Below, piece after piece: positions 15,878 through 23,509 of a stretch of DNA of 27,525 nucleotides. A program made the translations under genes and the position numbers. Each line of letters opens with the position of its first letter. Position 1 is the stretch's first letter. The notes under the pieces were generated by a model, which saw nothing but the letters and a program-made list of their open reading frames with translations, searched no databases and had not been told where the DNA came from. Source of the DNA: a virus (Duplodnaviria > Heunggongvirae > Uroviricota > Caudoviricetes); IMG/VR virus record IMGVR_UViG_2974615235_000001, positions 65,236 to 92,760 of that record; one strand, 5' to 3'.

Positions 15878-16144
15878 TCAGTTAATCGGCTTCTGGTTCA
15901 TATCCTCGTTCATATCCCTAGCTACGTCCCAATACACATTACCTTTCCTATCTACAAATACATCAAAAGATTGTGCCTCAAAAGGATTAGCTGGATTCAT
16001 AATATCATACCTGTAGAGGCTGTCAAATCTTTTTGTACCTAATTGTCTAATTTGTACTGCCACTTGTTGCCCTGTCTTAGAGGCTATGTCATTTTGTAGG
16101 GAATACCTCATGGAGATTAATTTGTCTTGCATGTTATTGTCCAT
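15878..16144 (-). CDS. Hypothetical protein (about 88 aa; start uncertain)
   Basis: ORF track 15878-16162; ATG 16144 lies nearest the upstream stop. Confidence 0.7.
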   Translation of the reverse strand: MDNNMQDKLISMRYSLQNDIASKTGQQVAVQIRQLGTKRFDSLYRYDIMNPANPFEAQSFDVFVDRKGNVYWDVARDMNEDMNQKPIN

Positions 16145-16655
16145 AGGGCACTTTAACCTCACCGATCTCCCTGAAAGAATTATAGAATCTTTCTACATTA
16201 TCTCCTATGTAAGTTACTACACTCCCCTTAGTGACTCCCTTCTTAACTGTACCGTCTGGAAGTCTGTAATTTGTACGCTTGTACAAGAAACATTGAGGGA
16301 ACTTTAGTGCCTTTCTAAACCAACCTTCGCTTGTGCTTGCGTATGTTATTAAACATATTTGATCAGCATTACCTAATTCATATTCCTTAATAGCTTTAGG
16401 AAAAATCAGAGGGTTGTTTACTCTACTGAAAGGGTGGTTTACAAATATGTTCCCGTACCAATTCATACTGAAACCGTCATCCTCTTCTGTAAATATCGTA
16501 TCAGCCTTTACTGTCTTGTTAGCAATTTCACTGCTGAAAGGGTCTAAGTGTATACCTCCCATCGCCAACCTTGCCCTTTCTACAATATCACTTGGTGTAT
16601 AGTATTCAAAGTTACCACTGTCTGCATTGATCAGTTGTGAGTTATTCTTTTTCAA
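16134..16655 (-). CDS. Phage DNA N6-adenine methyltransferase (compact Dam-like family)
   Basis: EYYTP, LDPFSS (SAM binding), DGFSMNW, FVNHPF (NPPF/Y-like catalytic motif). Confidence 0.8.
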   Translation of the reverse strand: MKKNNSQLINADSGNFEYYTPSDIVERARLAMGGIHLDPFSSEIANKTVKADTIFTEEDDGFSMNWYGNIFVNHPFSRVNNPLIFPKAIKEYELGNADQICLITYASTSEGWFRKALKFPQCFLYKRTNYRLPDGTVKKGVTKGSVVTYIGDNVERFYNSFREIGEVKVPYGQ

Positions 16656-17022
16656 TAGAAGTCTCCCTCATATAAATCTCTTTCATCTTGTCCCTAATCC
16701 CCATTCCCCTTGTAAGAGCATTCTCGTACCAAGGGTTAAAATTCTCTACAAGGGAAGCTTGCCCAGAGGCAGTATATACATAACCTCTCGTCCCTACAAT
16801 AGCTATGTTATTCTCTTCCATATGTTTCAACACCGCGATAAGTCCTTTACGGCAAGTCTTGGCTTGAATCTGGTCGTAGTATGCTTGTGTAATTTCTTCG
16901 CTTACAGGGTTCAGCATATAGGAGCACTCCTCCATACGATACCCTTCCTTATCAGGAGTACCTCCCCAAACAAGTTTAACATCGTCAGTCAGTAAGTCTA
17001 AAGGTCTATGTTCGTTAACCAT
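16642..17022 (-). CDS. Hypothetical protein (126 aa; start moved to ATG 17022)
   Basis: AGAGGAG SD before ATG 17022. Confidence 0.8.
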   Translation of the reverse strand: MVNEHRPLDLLTDDVKLVWGGTPDKEGYRMEECSYMLNPVSEEITQAYYDQIQAKTCRKGLIAVLKHMEENNIAIVGTRGYVYTASGQASLVENFNPWYENALTRGMGIRDKMKEIYMRETSIEKE

Positions 17023-17431
17023 TTTTATTCTCCTCTGTGTCGATAATAATTTTATCAAAGCTTGCCCACAACCTATCTTGGCTACCAAAACCTCCTGTAC
17101 ACTGGTATACACTCCCTGACCAAGATAAATCCTTTTCCATCATCATATTGAGGTAGAACATGTCATTAAGGTCTTCTTCCCAATTATCTTCTAAGTCTTT
17201 TAAGAGTTTACCTACCTCAGACATCTTAATCTCGGATAGTGTAAGCTGTCCATGACCATTGTGGAACTGTGTCTGATTTAGCACTTGTTTCCATAAGGGG
17301 GTAGGTTCTTGATAGATACCTTCTTCTAGGATTTTTAACTTCCTATCTATCTCTGCTAGATGCTCGTCTACCTGCTTTCTTAGATAGAGTACGTCTTCAG
17401 CTAAGTCTTGTCTTGTAGTATCTGCCATCAT
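17015..17431 (-). CDS. Hypothetical protein (138 aa)
   Basis: ORF track; ATGA overlap. Confidence 0.8.
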   Translation of the reverse strand: MMADTTRQDLAEDVLYLRKQVDEHLAEIDRKLKILEEGIYQEPTPLWKQVLNQTQFHNGHGQLTLSEIKMSEVGKLLKDLEDNWEEDLNDMFYLNMMMEKDLSWSGSVYQCTGGFGSQDRLWASFDKIIIDTEENKNG

Positions 17432-17640
17432 AATTCAATCTCCTCAATCTTAAGTACATGACAAGGGAAGTCATCCTCTAAGTCTAATGGAAAGAATTTA
17501 ATTTCACAAGTATCTTCTTCAAAATGTTTCTCTTGTCTCATTCGAGACATAAACCACTCCTCCTCCTCTGGGTCGTCAAAGTTGCACCATAGGTCATCGT
17601 CAACTTCTATTAGTATTTCTGCTTTAAGATATTTAGTCAT
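17428..17640 (-). CDS. Small acidic protein (70 aa)
   Basis: ORF track; ATGA overlap. Confidence 0.8.
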   Translation of the reverse strand: MTKYLKAEILIEVDDDLWCNFDDPEEEEWFMSRMRQEKHFEEDTCEIKFFPLDLEDDFPCHVLKIEEIEL

Positions 17641-18161
17641 CCTTGTTGCTCCTCTATTAATTGATCAAAAGTTATAGGCTTGTAGTTAGTGTGTTCTACA
17701 CAGGCATTCAGATACTCCCAGTCTTCTACGTATGGCTCAGGGACAAGATAATCTACCATAACTTTTTTACTATGTATGTGGCCATGTACGCATCCTAGCC
17801 TACCTCTCATCTCCTGAGGGTGAATAGGGCAGTGACTTATCCAATATTTACGTTTACTAGTAAGAGCTACTACGTCATCATATACATCTACTAAGTGTTT
17901 CATCTTGATACCACGTTCTGTGTCATGATTTCCACATACTAGCAGTTTATGACGACAATTAATACTCTTAATTTTCTCTAACCATCCAAATGTAAAAGCT
18001 ACATCACCTAATAGATATAGAGTATCCCTCTTACGAATATTTGTAGCTAAGTTCTCAAATATAGTATTGTCGTGTTCCTCTGGCGTAGAAAACTGTGACC
18101 TATACTTGCAAATATTCTTATGCCCAAGGTGAAGGTCCGACATTAACATTAGCCTACTCAT
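17637..18161 (-). CDS. Calcineurin-like metallophosphoesterase
   Basis: SDLHLGH, LGDVA, GNHD, SHCP, HGHIH motifs. Confidence 0.92.
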   Translation of the reverse strand: MSRLMLMSDLHLGHKNICKYRSQFSTPEEHDNTIFENLATNIRKRDTLYLLGDVAFTFGWLEKIKSINCRHKLLVCGNHDTERGIKMKHLVDVYDDVVALTSKRKYWISHCPIHPQEMRGRLGCVHGHIHSKKVMVDYLVPEPYVEDWEYLNACVEHTNYKPITFDQLIEEQQG

Positions 18162-18349
18162 TCATCCAATTCCTTCAATAGTGCGTCTGCTGCGGCTACA
18201 GCTTCTTTTGCAATCCCTCCGATAGAAAGGTGTCTTTGCGTACCTACTAAGCCCTGTATTGCCATAGCTGCAAAGTATTCTCTCTTGGATAGCCCGTGTT
18301 GATTAACCACCGCGTAGTTGTGCGGGAAAGCTGATAAGTTGTCGCTCAT
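18158..18349 (-). CDS. Small conserved-type phage protein (63 aa; start moved to ATG 18349)
   Basis: AFP...GLSKREYFAAMAIQG...ADALL pattern; GAGGAG SD. Confidence 0.8.
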   Translation of the reverse strand: MSDNLSAFPHNYAVVNQHGLSKREYFAAMAIQGLVGTQRHLSIGGIAKEAVAAADALLKELDE

Positions 18350-18397
18350 TTTTCTTCTCCTCATAAAATTAAAGTCTGTAAAGCACCACCTTTTAAA

Positions 18398-18426
18398 ATG
18401 ATACCTTACAGACTTTGTGTTGTCAA
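18398..18426 (-). promoter_or_regulatory. sigma70-type internal promoter of the leftward array
   Basis: TTGACA (18426-18421)-N17-TATCAT (18403-18398). Confidence 0.8.
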
Positions 18427-18430
18427 CTAA

Positions 18431-19183
18431 TTATTTTATTTTACCATATTTATTTTCATATTTCTCGAAAGCCATCCCCCATGCTTTAGCTTCCTCAGAA
18501 CGTACACAATATTTCCAATCGTTAAAATCTACTAAAGATACTGGAACTTCAAATTCTTCACTTACTTTAAGTAACAACTGTAATCCACTGTGCGATTTTA
18601 AGTCTTGCTGGTTGATATCCCCCGTAATAACAGTAGTTGTATTAGTTCCTTGTCTCCCCACAAGACTCTTAGCTACAGTAGGTTCTAAATCTTCTGCTTC
18701 ATCTATTAAGATAAATGCATCGTCCCATGATCTGCCTTTAACTTGCTCCAGTACAAGAAGTTCAATCCTTCCGTTCTCTACCATAGCTTCGTAATGCCCG
18801 ATACCCATACGTTGTTTGAGGTTATCAATGATAGGTAGACACCACGGAGTCATCTTCTCGTCGAAACTGCCTTTTCCGAACCCCACCGACTTACCTTTCC
18901 CCTCTGTAGGGCGGGCAATAACAATTTTCTCAATCTTCTTTGATACCAATAAATCTGCTGCAATAATGGAAGGGATGTAGGTTTTAGAACTACCCCACAC
19001 ACCAGTGCATATTGTTATAGGGCTACTCTTTACAGCCTCGATATATTCAGCTTGTTTTTGATTTAGTGGTTGCAGAGGGGGTCTACTGTTATTAGCTGCC
19101 AAATCACTTTTCACCTTCTTAGTTTTGTTACGGATAGGTTTGTCTGTCTTAGCTTGTCGATTACACTTTCTCTCAATTGTCAT
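18431..19183 (-). CDS. phoH: PhoH-family ATPase
   Basis: PLNQKQAEY, TGVWGSSKTY, IVIARP, KMTPWCLPIIDNL, QVKGRSWDDAFILIDEAEDL, GDINQQDL. Confidence 0.93.
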   Translation of the reverse strand: MTIERKCNRQAKTDKPIRNKTKKVKSDLAANNSRPPLQPLNQKQAEYIEAVKSSPITICTGVWGSSKTYIPSIIAADLLVSKKIEKIVIARPTEGKGKSVGFGKGSFDEKMTPWCLPIIDNLKQRMGIGHYEAMVENGRIELLVLEQVKGRSWDDAFILIDEAEDLEPTVAKSLVGRQGTNTTTVITGDINQQDLKSHSGLQLLLKVSEEFEVPVSLVDFNDWKYCVRSEEAKAWGMAFEKYENKYGKIK

Positions 19184-19185
19184 TA

Positions 19186-19857
19186 TTACCTGCCCCCTTC
19201 TTCATCTTCACCTACCATCATTGCAACTAACTCTTTCTTAGTCTTCTTAAGTAAGTCTTCTTTAGTAGGTAATCCTTGTGATTGTTCTTCTTGAAATTCC
19301 TCTTGTAAGGATTTACGGTATTCAAAGAGCCTCTCTAACCTTTCATGGTGTTCATCGTCATACACGTATAAAGGTTGGCCTTTCAAGACGTCCTCTAACT
19401 CTTCCTCTGTAAGGAATCCTGTGTACACTTGTTTATAGAAATCTCTTAATGCAGTGTCATGGTTGTCTACACCACCTTTAATCTCAGGAAGCTTGTCAGG
19501 ATATTTTCCTAATGTAGATGTGTGTATCATAGTGGTTGAAAAAGGTGAGTACCCTATCTGATCCCCTGCTAGGAGTAATATACTTCCACCAGAAGCCGCT
19601 GAATTTTGATTAATAGTTAACACCGTAGCTTCTGTGTGCATTAGAGCATTGTAGACACGAGTAGTCACATCAAATCTCCCCCCGTTACACATCACATTGA
19701 GGATAATAACCTCGTCTTGATGAGCTTCCTCGCATACGTCTATCAACTGTTGAAACTGTGACAAATGTTCAATATACTCTGGTGTGTCAAAAACATGCTT
19801 ATCCCCTAAAGATTGTTTCTTATAACCACATTTTTCAAATTGCATAATTTCACTCAT
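19186..19857 (-). CDS. ClpP-like serine protease subunit
   Basis: NVMCNGG, AASGGS (nucleophile elbow), TMIH; ATG 19857 fits AAGGAG SD (track start TTG 19863). Confidence 0.8.
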   Translation of the reverse strand: MSEIMQFEKCGYKKQSLGDKHVFDTPEYIEHLSQFQQLIDVCEEAHQDEVIILNVMCNGGRFDVTTRVYNALMHTEATVLTINQNSAASGGSILLLAGDQIGYSPFSTTMIHTSTLGKYPDKLPEIKGGVDNHDTALRDFYKQVYTGFLTEEELEDVLKGQPLYVYDDEHHERLERLFEYRKSLQEEFQEEQSQGLPTKEDLLKKTKKELVAMMVGEDEEGGR

Positions 19858-19990
19858 ATCCAAAACTCCTTGTTTTAACCAAATGTTCTACTTCCTCTCT
19901 AGGAGAGAGTTTACTTGTACCACAATACTCCTCTATATAATAACATGCTTCCTCGTGTGTGTAACCTTCTTCAATCAATATCTTGTACAA
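19850..19990 (-). CDS. Small hypothetical protein (46 aa, TTG start)
   Basis: Hand-translated MYKILIEEGYTHEEACYYIEEYCGTSKLSPREEVEHLVKTRSFGYE; AGGAG SD 6 nt upstream; fills the gap. Confidence 0.55.
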   Translation of the reverse strand: MYKILIEEGYTHEEACYYIEEYCGTSKLSPREEVEHLVKTRSFGYE

Positions 19991-20336
19991 TTTTATCTCC
20001 TGACACCACCACCTCAAAGAATTTACCCTCTAAACATTCCTCTAATGTGACAATTCTAACTGAATCAGGGTAAGTCTTTAATAAACCATTAAGCGTACCC
20101 ATGTTATAAGCTCCTGTAACGCCCTCAGACAAGAGATTACATTTATAAGTACTACCACTAGCCCCTATGAAAGAAATCGTCTCAGAATCGCATACAGCTC
20201 GTTCTATGCCGCTATTCATCCTCCAACTATCACTACTTAAGTAACCTCCTGCCCAAGAACCAAATACTTTGTATATAATTTCATCTTCGTATTTAATCTC
20301 TAGGAGGGTAAACTTGTCTGGATTGTATATTGACAT
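19971..20336 (-). CDS. Hypothetical phage protein (121 aa)
   Basis: ORF track; TAATG coupling. Confidence 0.85.
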   Translation of the reverse strand: MSIYNPDKFTLLEIKYEDEIIYKVFGSWAGGYLSSDSWRMNSGIERAVCDSETISFIGASGSTYKCNLLSEGVTGAYNMGTLNGLLKTYPDSVRIVTLEECLEGKFFEVVVSGDKIVQDID

Positions 20337-20641
20337 TAGAAGTCTCCTTCCAGTAGTTCTGGATTTTCGTAAGTGTTTCCTATGATTTCAAAGTCCCCGT
20401 CAAGTAAGGTATATTGCATATTATCATAAATTACACTGTGATAATCTGCCCTTACAATATCCCCCCAGTGTAAGTACAAATCACCCTCATAAAGCTCTAC
20501 ACCGTTTTTGTCTTTGAGTCCAGTGTATTGCATAACACAGGGCATTGGGTCAACCATCCCCTCTGCGACACCTATGTCATCTAAGCCGAAATATTCCATG
20601 CCAAGTTTTCCAGTGTATTGTCTAAATTTAATCTCTCTCAT
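20336..20641 (-). CDS. YopX-family protein
   Basis: MREIKFR...MQYTGLKDKNGVELYEGD...EIIGNTYENPELL. Confidence 0.9.
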   Translation of the reverse strand: MREIKFRQYTGKLGMEYFGLDDIGVAEGMVDPMPCVMQYTGLKDKNGVELYEGDLYLHWGDIVRADYHSVIYDNMQYTLLDGDFEIIGNTYENPELLEGDF

Positions 20642-20991
20642 AAGTACTCCTCTACATAAATATTATTTTCTCTACGGTGAGCCATCTCTCTACAGAAAGC
20701 TACATGCACATAAGGTTCATAGTCTGAAACAGTCCACATGATTAATGATTCTAAATGCCCATCAGAAATATTGCAAAGTTTAATTCTCTGAGGGACATCT
20801 AAATAGTTCCCTTCTTTATCAAGGACACGCCCCCATGTGAACTCCTGCCGGTAGTTCTCCCAATCATTGTACATCTTGTCAGCTTCTCTCTGATTTAACC
20901 TTACAACGGCTTCTAGCTCGTCATAGGAGGTGTCTAGTGTTACTTGTGCATACTTATTGTATAACGCTAAAAGGTTTCCTGTGTGATGCAT
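20638..20991 (-). CDS. Hypothetical phage protein (117 aa), first gene of the leftward array
   Basis: ORF track; GAGGA SD. Confidence 0.85.
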   Translation of the reverse strand: MHHTGNLLALYNKYAQVTLDTSYDELEAVVRLNQREADKMYNDWENYRQEFTWGRVLDKEGNYLDVPQRIKLCNISDGHLESLIMWTVSDYEPYVHVAFCREMAHRRENNIYVEEYL

Positions 20992-21026
20992 TAGTTTTCT
21001 CCTCTAATCTCCCTACCTAAGAACAT

Positions 21027-21054
21027 ATTCTACCACAGGTTTGTTCCCTGTCAA
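21027..21054 (-). promoter_or_regulatory. Leftward sigma70 promoter of a divergent pair
   Basis: TTGACA (21054-21049)-N16-TAGAAT with TGn extension. Confidence 0.8.
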
Positions 21055-21121
21055 CTGTTTATTTTCAATTATTTTATTTCAAGGGTTTAGGAATTATTTT
21101 AGGTTTATTTGAAAATAGGGG

Positions 21122-21149
21122 TTGACATTGTTTTATTTTCAGGTATAAT
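21122..21149 (+). promoter_or_regulatory. Rightward consensus sigma70 promoter of a divergent pair
   Basis: TTGACA-N16-TATAAT; AT-rich tract between the two promoters. Confidence 0.85.
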
Positions 21150-21154
21150 TGCTC

Positions 21155-21720
21155 TTGTACGGTAAAGAAATGTTTTTGTGTAAAGTCTTTCGACATTTCG
21201 CCTTAGCGGGTCGTTCCACTAGAAAGCGTCAGTGGATAGCAGCAGGACAGAAGACGGTCACTGTAGCCTAATCATCATATTAGGTCAATACACCTCTTAG
21301 GGAGTAGTTGCGATAGCCTGTAACGTGCTTAGACGTTATGAAAAGTACTCCTTTCCAGATAACTTAGCAGAGTCTGGCTAACAAGCCCATACCCTAATGT
21401 GTATGGTGGAAACCTCAAAATCTTGAACTCAAGAAGATAATCATATCTTTTTATATTCAAATTTTATGATGGCAGAACTAGTCCCTAAGCTTCACGTAAA
21501 ACCTATTATACGGTTTCCTTTTTAAGGTTGTGTTGCTTAGGACAGTTGTATCCTAAAATTTGAATCTAAGAAGATAATCTATAAAGATACAATCTTTTAA
21601 AGATAAGATCTTATAAAGAGACAATCTTTAAAGAGTACTCTTTTAAAAGATATACTCTAACAACTACGTTGTTAAGGTACAATCTACTAATAGTTAGGCA
21701 GCGCTACATGGTAATTAATT
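21155..21720 (+). ncRNA. Putative long structured non-coding RNA or leader (about 570 nt)
   Basis: ORF-free; directly downstream of a consensus promoter; at least 9 stems, including 12-bp ATTCAAATTTTA/TAAAATTTGAAT. Confidence 0.45.
21566..21674. repeat. Tandem short palindromes AAAGA-N(3-5)-TCTT(T) ending in a TAACAAC-TAC-GTTGTTA hairpin
   Basis: taaagatacaatctttt, aaagataagatctt, taaagagacaatcttta, aaagagtactcttt. Confidence 0.7.
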
Positions 21721-21738
21721 AAATATAAGGAGAAATGA

Positions 21739-22533
21739 ATGAATAAGGTAAACGATTTAAAGAAGTTAAGTAGGTATGAAATGGTAAACTTCTTTATTGA
21801 CAGTGGCGTAGAGACTAATGAACAGTTAGCGGAGCTTCTAAATGTGAGTAGACAAAGAGTTCATCAAGTTTTAGTGTCAAAAGGTTTAGAAAAACCATTC
21901 TTACACATAAAGGACTACAATAAATATAAAAACAGTCTGTCAAATAATATAAGTTATGAAACAGACGACATTTGGAAACCTCTACCTTTTAACAAAGAGC
22001 TTAAAAAGTACTACGAGGTTTCTGATAAAGGTGATGTCAGGCAAGTAGTACATGAATCTTACGGGGTATTCACACACACCTATTGTAAGCCAAAGAATAC
22101 GTTTGTTACGGCGTACTCTAAAAAGAAGCCTGAAGGGTATATAGGTACAGATTTAGTTTATAAGGACGGGAGTCGTGTTAGGAACTTTGTTCACAGGTTG
22201 GTAGCTCAAGCCTTTATCCCTAATCCAGACAGACTACCTTGCGTAAATCATATAGATGGAGACAGCCACAATAATTGTGTGGATAATTTAGAGTGGTGTA
22301 CTTACAGTGATAATAGTCGACATTATTGGGATTTCATACATGAAAACTCTGATGATAAGAGGTATGAGTATGAATTAACTACTCCCGATAATCAAAAAAT
22401 TGTAGTACACAATTTACGTAAATGGTGTAGAGAAAATAATATGCAGGAATCTTACCCAAACTTTTTGCAGTGCCTTAAAAGAAAAGGGGGTACTTGTTTA
22501 GATGGATGGAAAATAGATTATTTACCAAAATAG
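21739..22533 (+). CDS. Free-standing NUMOD4-HNH homing endonuclease with extra N-terminal HTH
   Basis: QLAELLNVSRQRVHQ (HTH), DIWKP..YEVSDKGDVR (NUMOD4), VHRLVAQAFIPNP..VNHIDGDSHNNCVDNLEWCTYSDN (HNH). Confidence 0.92.
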   Translation: MNKVNDLKKLSRYEMVNFFIDSGVETNEQLAELLNVSRQRVHQVLVSKGLEKPFLHIKDYNKYKNSLSNNISYETDDIWKPLPFNKELKKYYEVSDKGDVRQVVHESYGVFTHTYCKPKNTFVTAYSKKKPEGYIGTDLVYKDGSRVRNFVHRLVAQAFIPNPDRLPCVNHIDGDSHNNCVDNLEWCTYSDNSRHYWDFIHENSDDKRYEYELTTPDNQKIVVHNLRKWCRENNMQESYPNFLQCLKRKGGTCLDGWKIDYLPK

Positions 22534-22544
22534 TGAAATAGTTC

Positions 22545-22573
22545 TTGACTTGGCATGTAACAGATGATATAAT
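22545..22573 (+). promoter_or_regulatory. sigma70 promoter
   Basis: TTGACT-N17-TATAAT with TGn extension. Confidence 0.85.
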
Positions 22574-22619
22574 GCTCTAGAAGACAATGAAAAATCAATA
22601 AGTAAACGAGGTTAGATAT

Positions 22620-22853
22620 ATGAGATGTGTAAGTTGTAATCGTATGCTAACAGACACTGAACGTATGTCTGTTAAGTATTACATTGACGAAGATACTCCA
22701 GAGTTATTAGTTAAGACAGATATTCCAGAGGACATGTGCCACAAGTGTAGAACACTAAGTTCAGTGACAGATACATACACTGAGAAAGATTATGCCTTTG
22801 AAGGATTAACCTCTGGGTTGTGCCCTTCAGCAGGGTTTAGTGATAATTATTAA
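22620..22853 (+). CDS. Small zinc-binding protein (77 aa)
   Basis: CVSC...CHKC; GAGG SD. Confidence 0.8.
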   Translation: MRCVSCNRMLTDTERMSVKYYIDEDTPELLVKTDIPEDMCHKCRTLSSVTDTYTEKDYAFEGLTSGLCPSAGFSDNY

Positions 22854-22862
22854 GGAATCATT

Positions 22863-23111
22863 ATGAGTAGAGCAGAAACATTCTTACAGTGTAGTGACTG
22901 TTTAGAAAAGCTTAACACTATATGCGATAAGTTAGGCTATGACGATAGCGATAGAGAGATAGTGGCAGAAGTGTTACTGTTCCTTGAGATGGAGAAGCTT
23001 AAAGATAAAGCTACGAAGGTTGACTTCGATAAGATTTTTAGAGAGTACAACCAAGATAACCCTTTATGGAGCAGAGACCGTCTTTGGAATAATTATGAAG
23101 TGACTTGCTAA
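22863..23111 (+). CDS. Hypothetical protein (82 aa)
   Basis: ORF track; AAGGA SD. Confidence 0.8.
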   Translation: MSRAETFLQCSDCLEKLNTICDKLGYDDSDREIVAEVLLFLEMEKLKDKATKVDFDKIFREYNQDNPLWSRDRLWNNYEVTC

Positions 23112-23193
23112 TCATTTTATTAGATTAGGGTTACGTTTCTAAACTAAATTCTCAATTATAACAATGGTTTAATAAAATCGATTAAAAAAGTTG

Positions 23194-23221
23194 TTGCAAA
23201 TCGAAAAACTTGATGTATAAT
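23194..23221 (+). promoter_or_regulatory. sigma70 promoter
   Basis: TTGCAA-N16-TATAAT; A-tract upstream. Confidence 0.7.
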
Positions 23222-23227
23222 ATATAC

Positions 23228-23485
23228 AGACACTATAGAAAACTTAGTGTAAGAAATTTCCCTCTAACGCCACAACGGATTGCACATTTGTAGTCGGGAG
23301 AACCTTAGAGGATTCAATTAGGTAGTGTAAAACTTTAATAAGAACTACCTCCTTCCTAAAGACTCTCTCTTAAAGAGTCTCCCTGTTTAGCAGAGTCCAT
23401 TCCCTCCTTCGGAGGGTAGTGCATAAATCTACCCTAGCTTGTGATGTTTTCCTTCTCCTCCATGCAAGCTGCTCTGCTAACTTTC
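23228..23485 (+). ncRNA. Putative structured leader or small RNA (about 260 nt)
   Basis: Chain of stems, including 9-bp TTAGCAGAG/CTCTGCTAA closing a multibranch loop. Confidence 0.45.
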
Positions 23486-23509
23486 TTTCTACACAAGAGG
23501 AATACGACA

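Noticed and set aside
18431-19183. phoH as a novel auxiliary metabolic gene
   Set aside because: PhoH is very common in lytic and marine phages; nothing unusual here
6693-20741. Many + strand ORFs in the track within the leftward array (e.g. 6693, 8525, 9190, 10896, 13258, 14899, 16627, 18417, 20508)
   Set aside because: They overlap tightly coupled minus-strand genes with SD sites; no promoter, SD or motif support
21230-21490. Group I intron hosting the HNH gene (AGCAGCAG resembles Q; AGAACTAGTCC resembles S)
   Set aside because: No upstream GACTA to form P7, and no interrupted gene flanks the region
23441-23509. GTG start giving a 136-aa protein with a hydrophobic N-terminus
   Set aside because: The extension lies in the structured leader, and ATG 23510 has the clear SD
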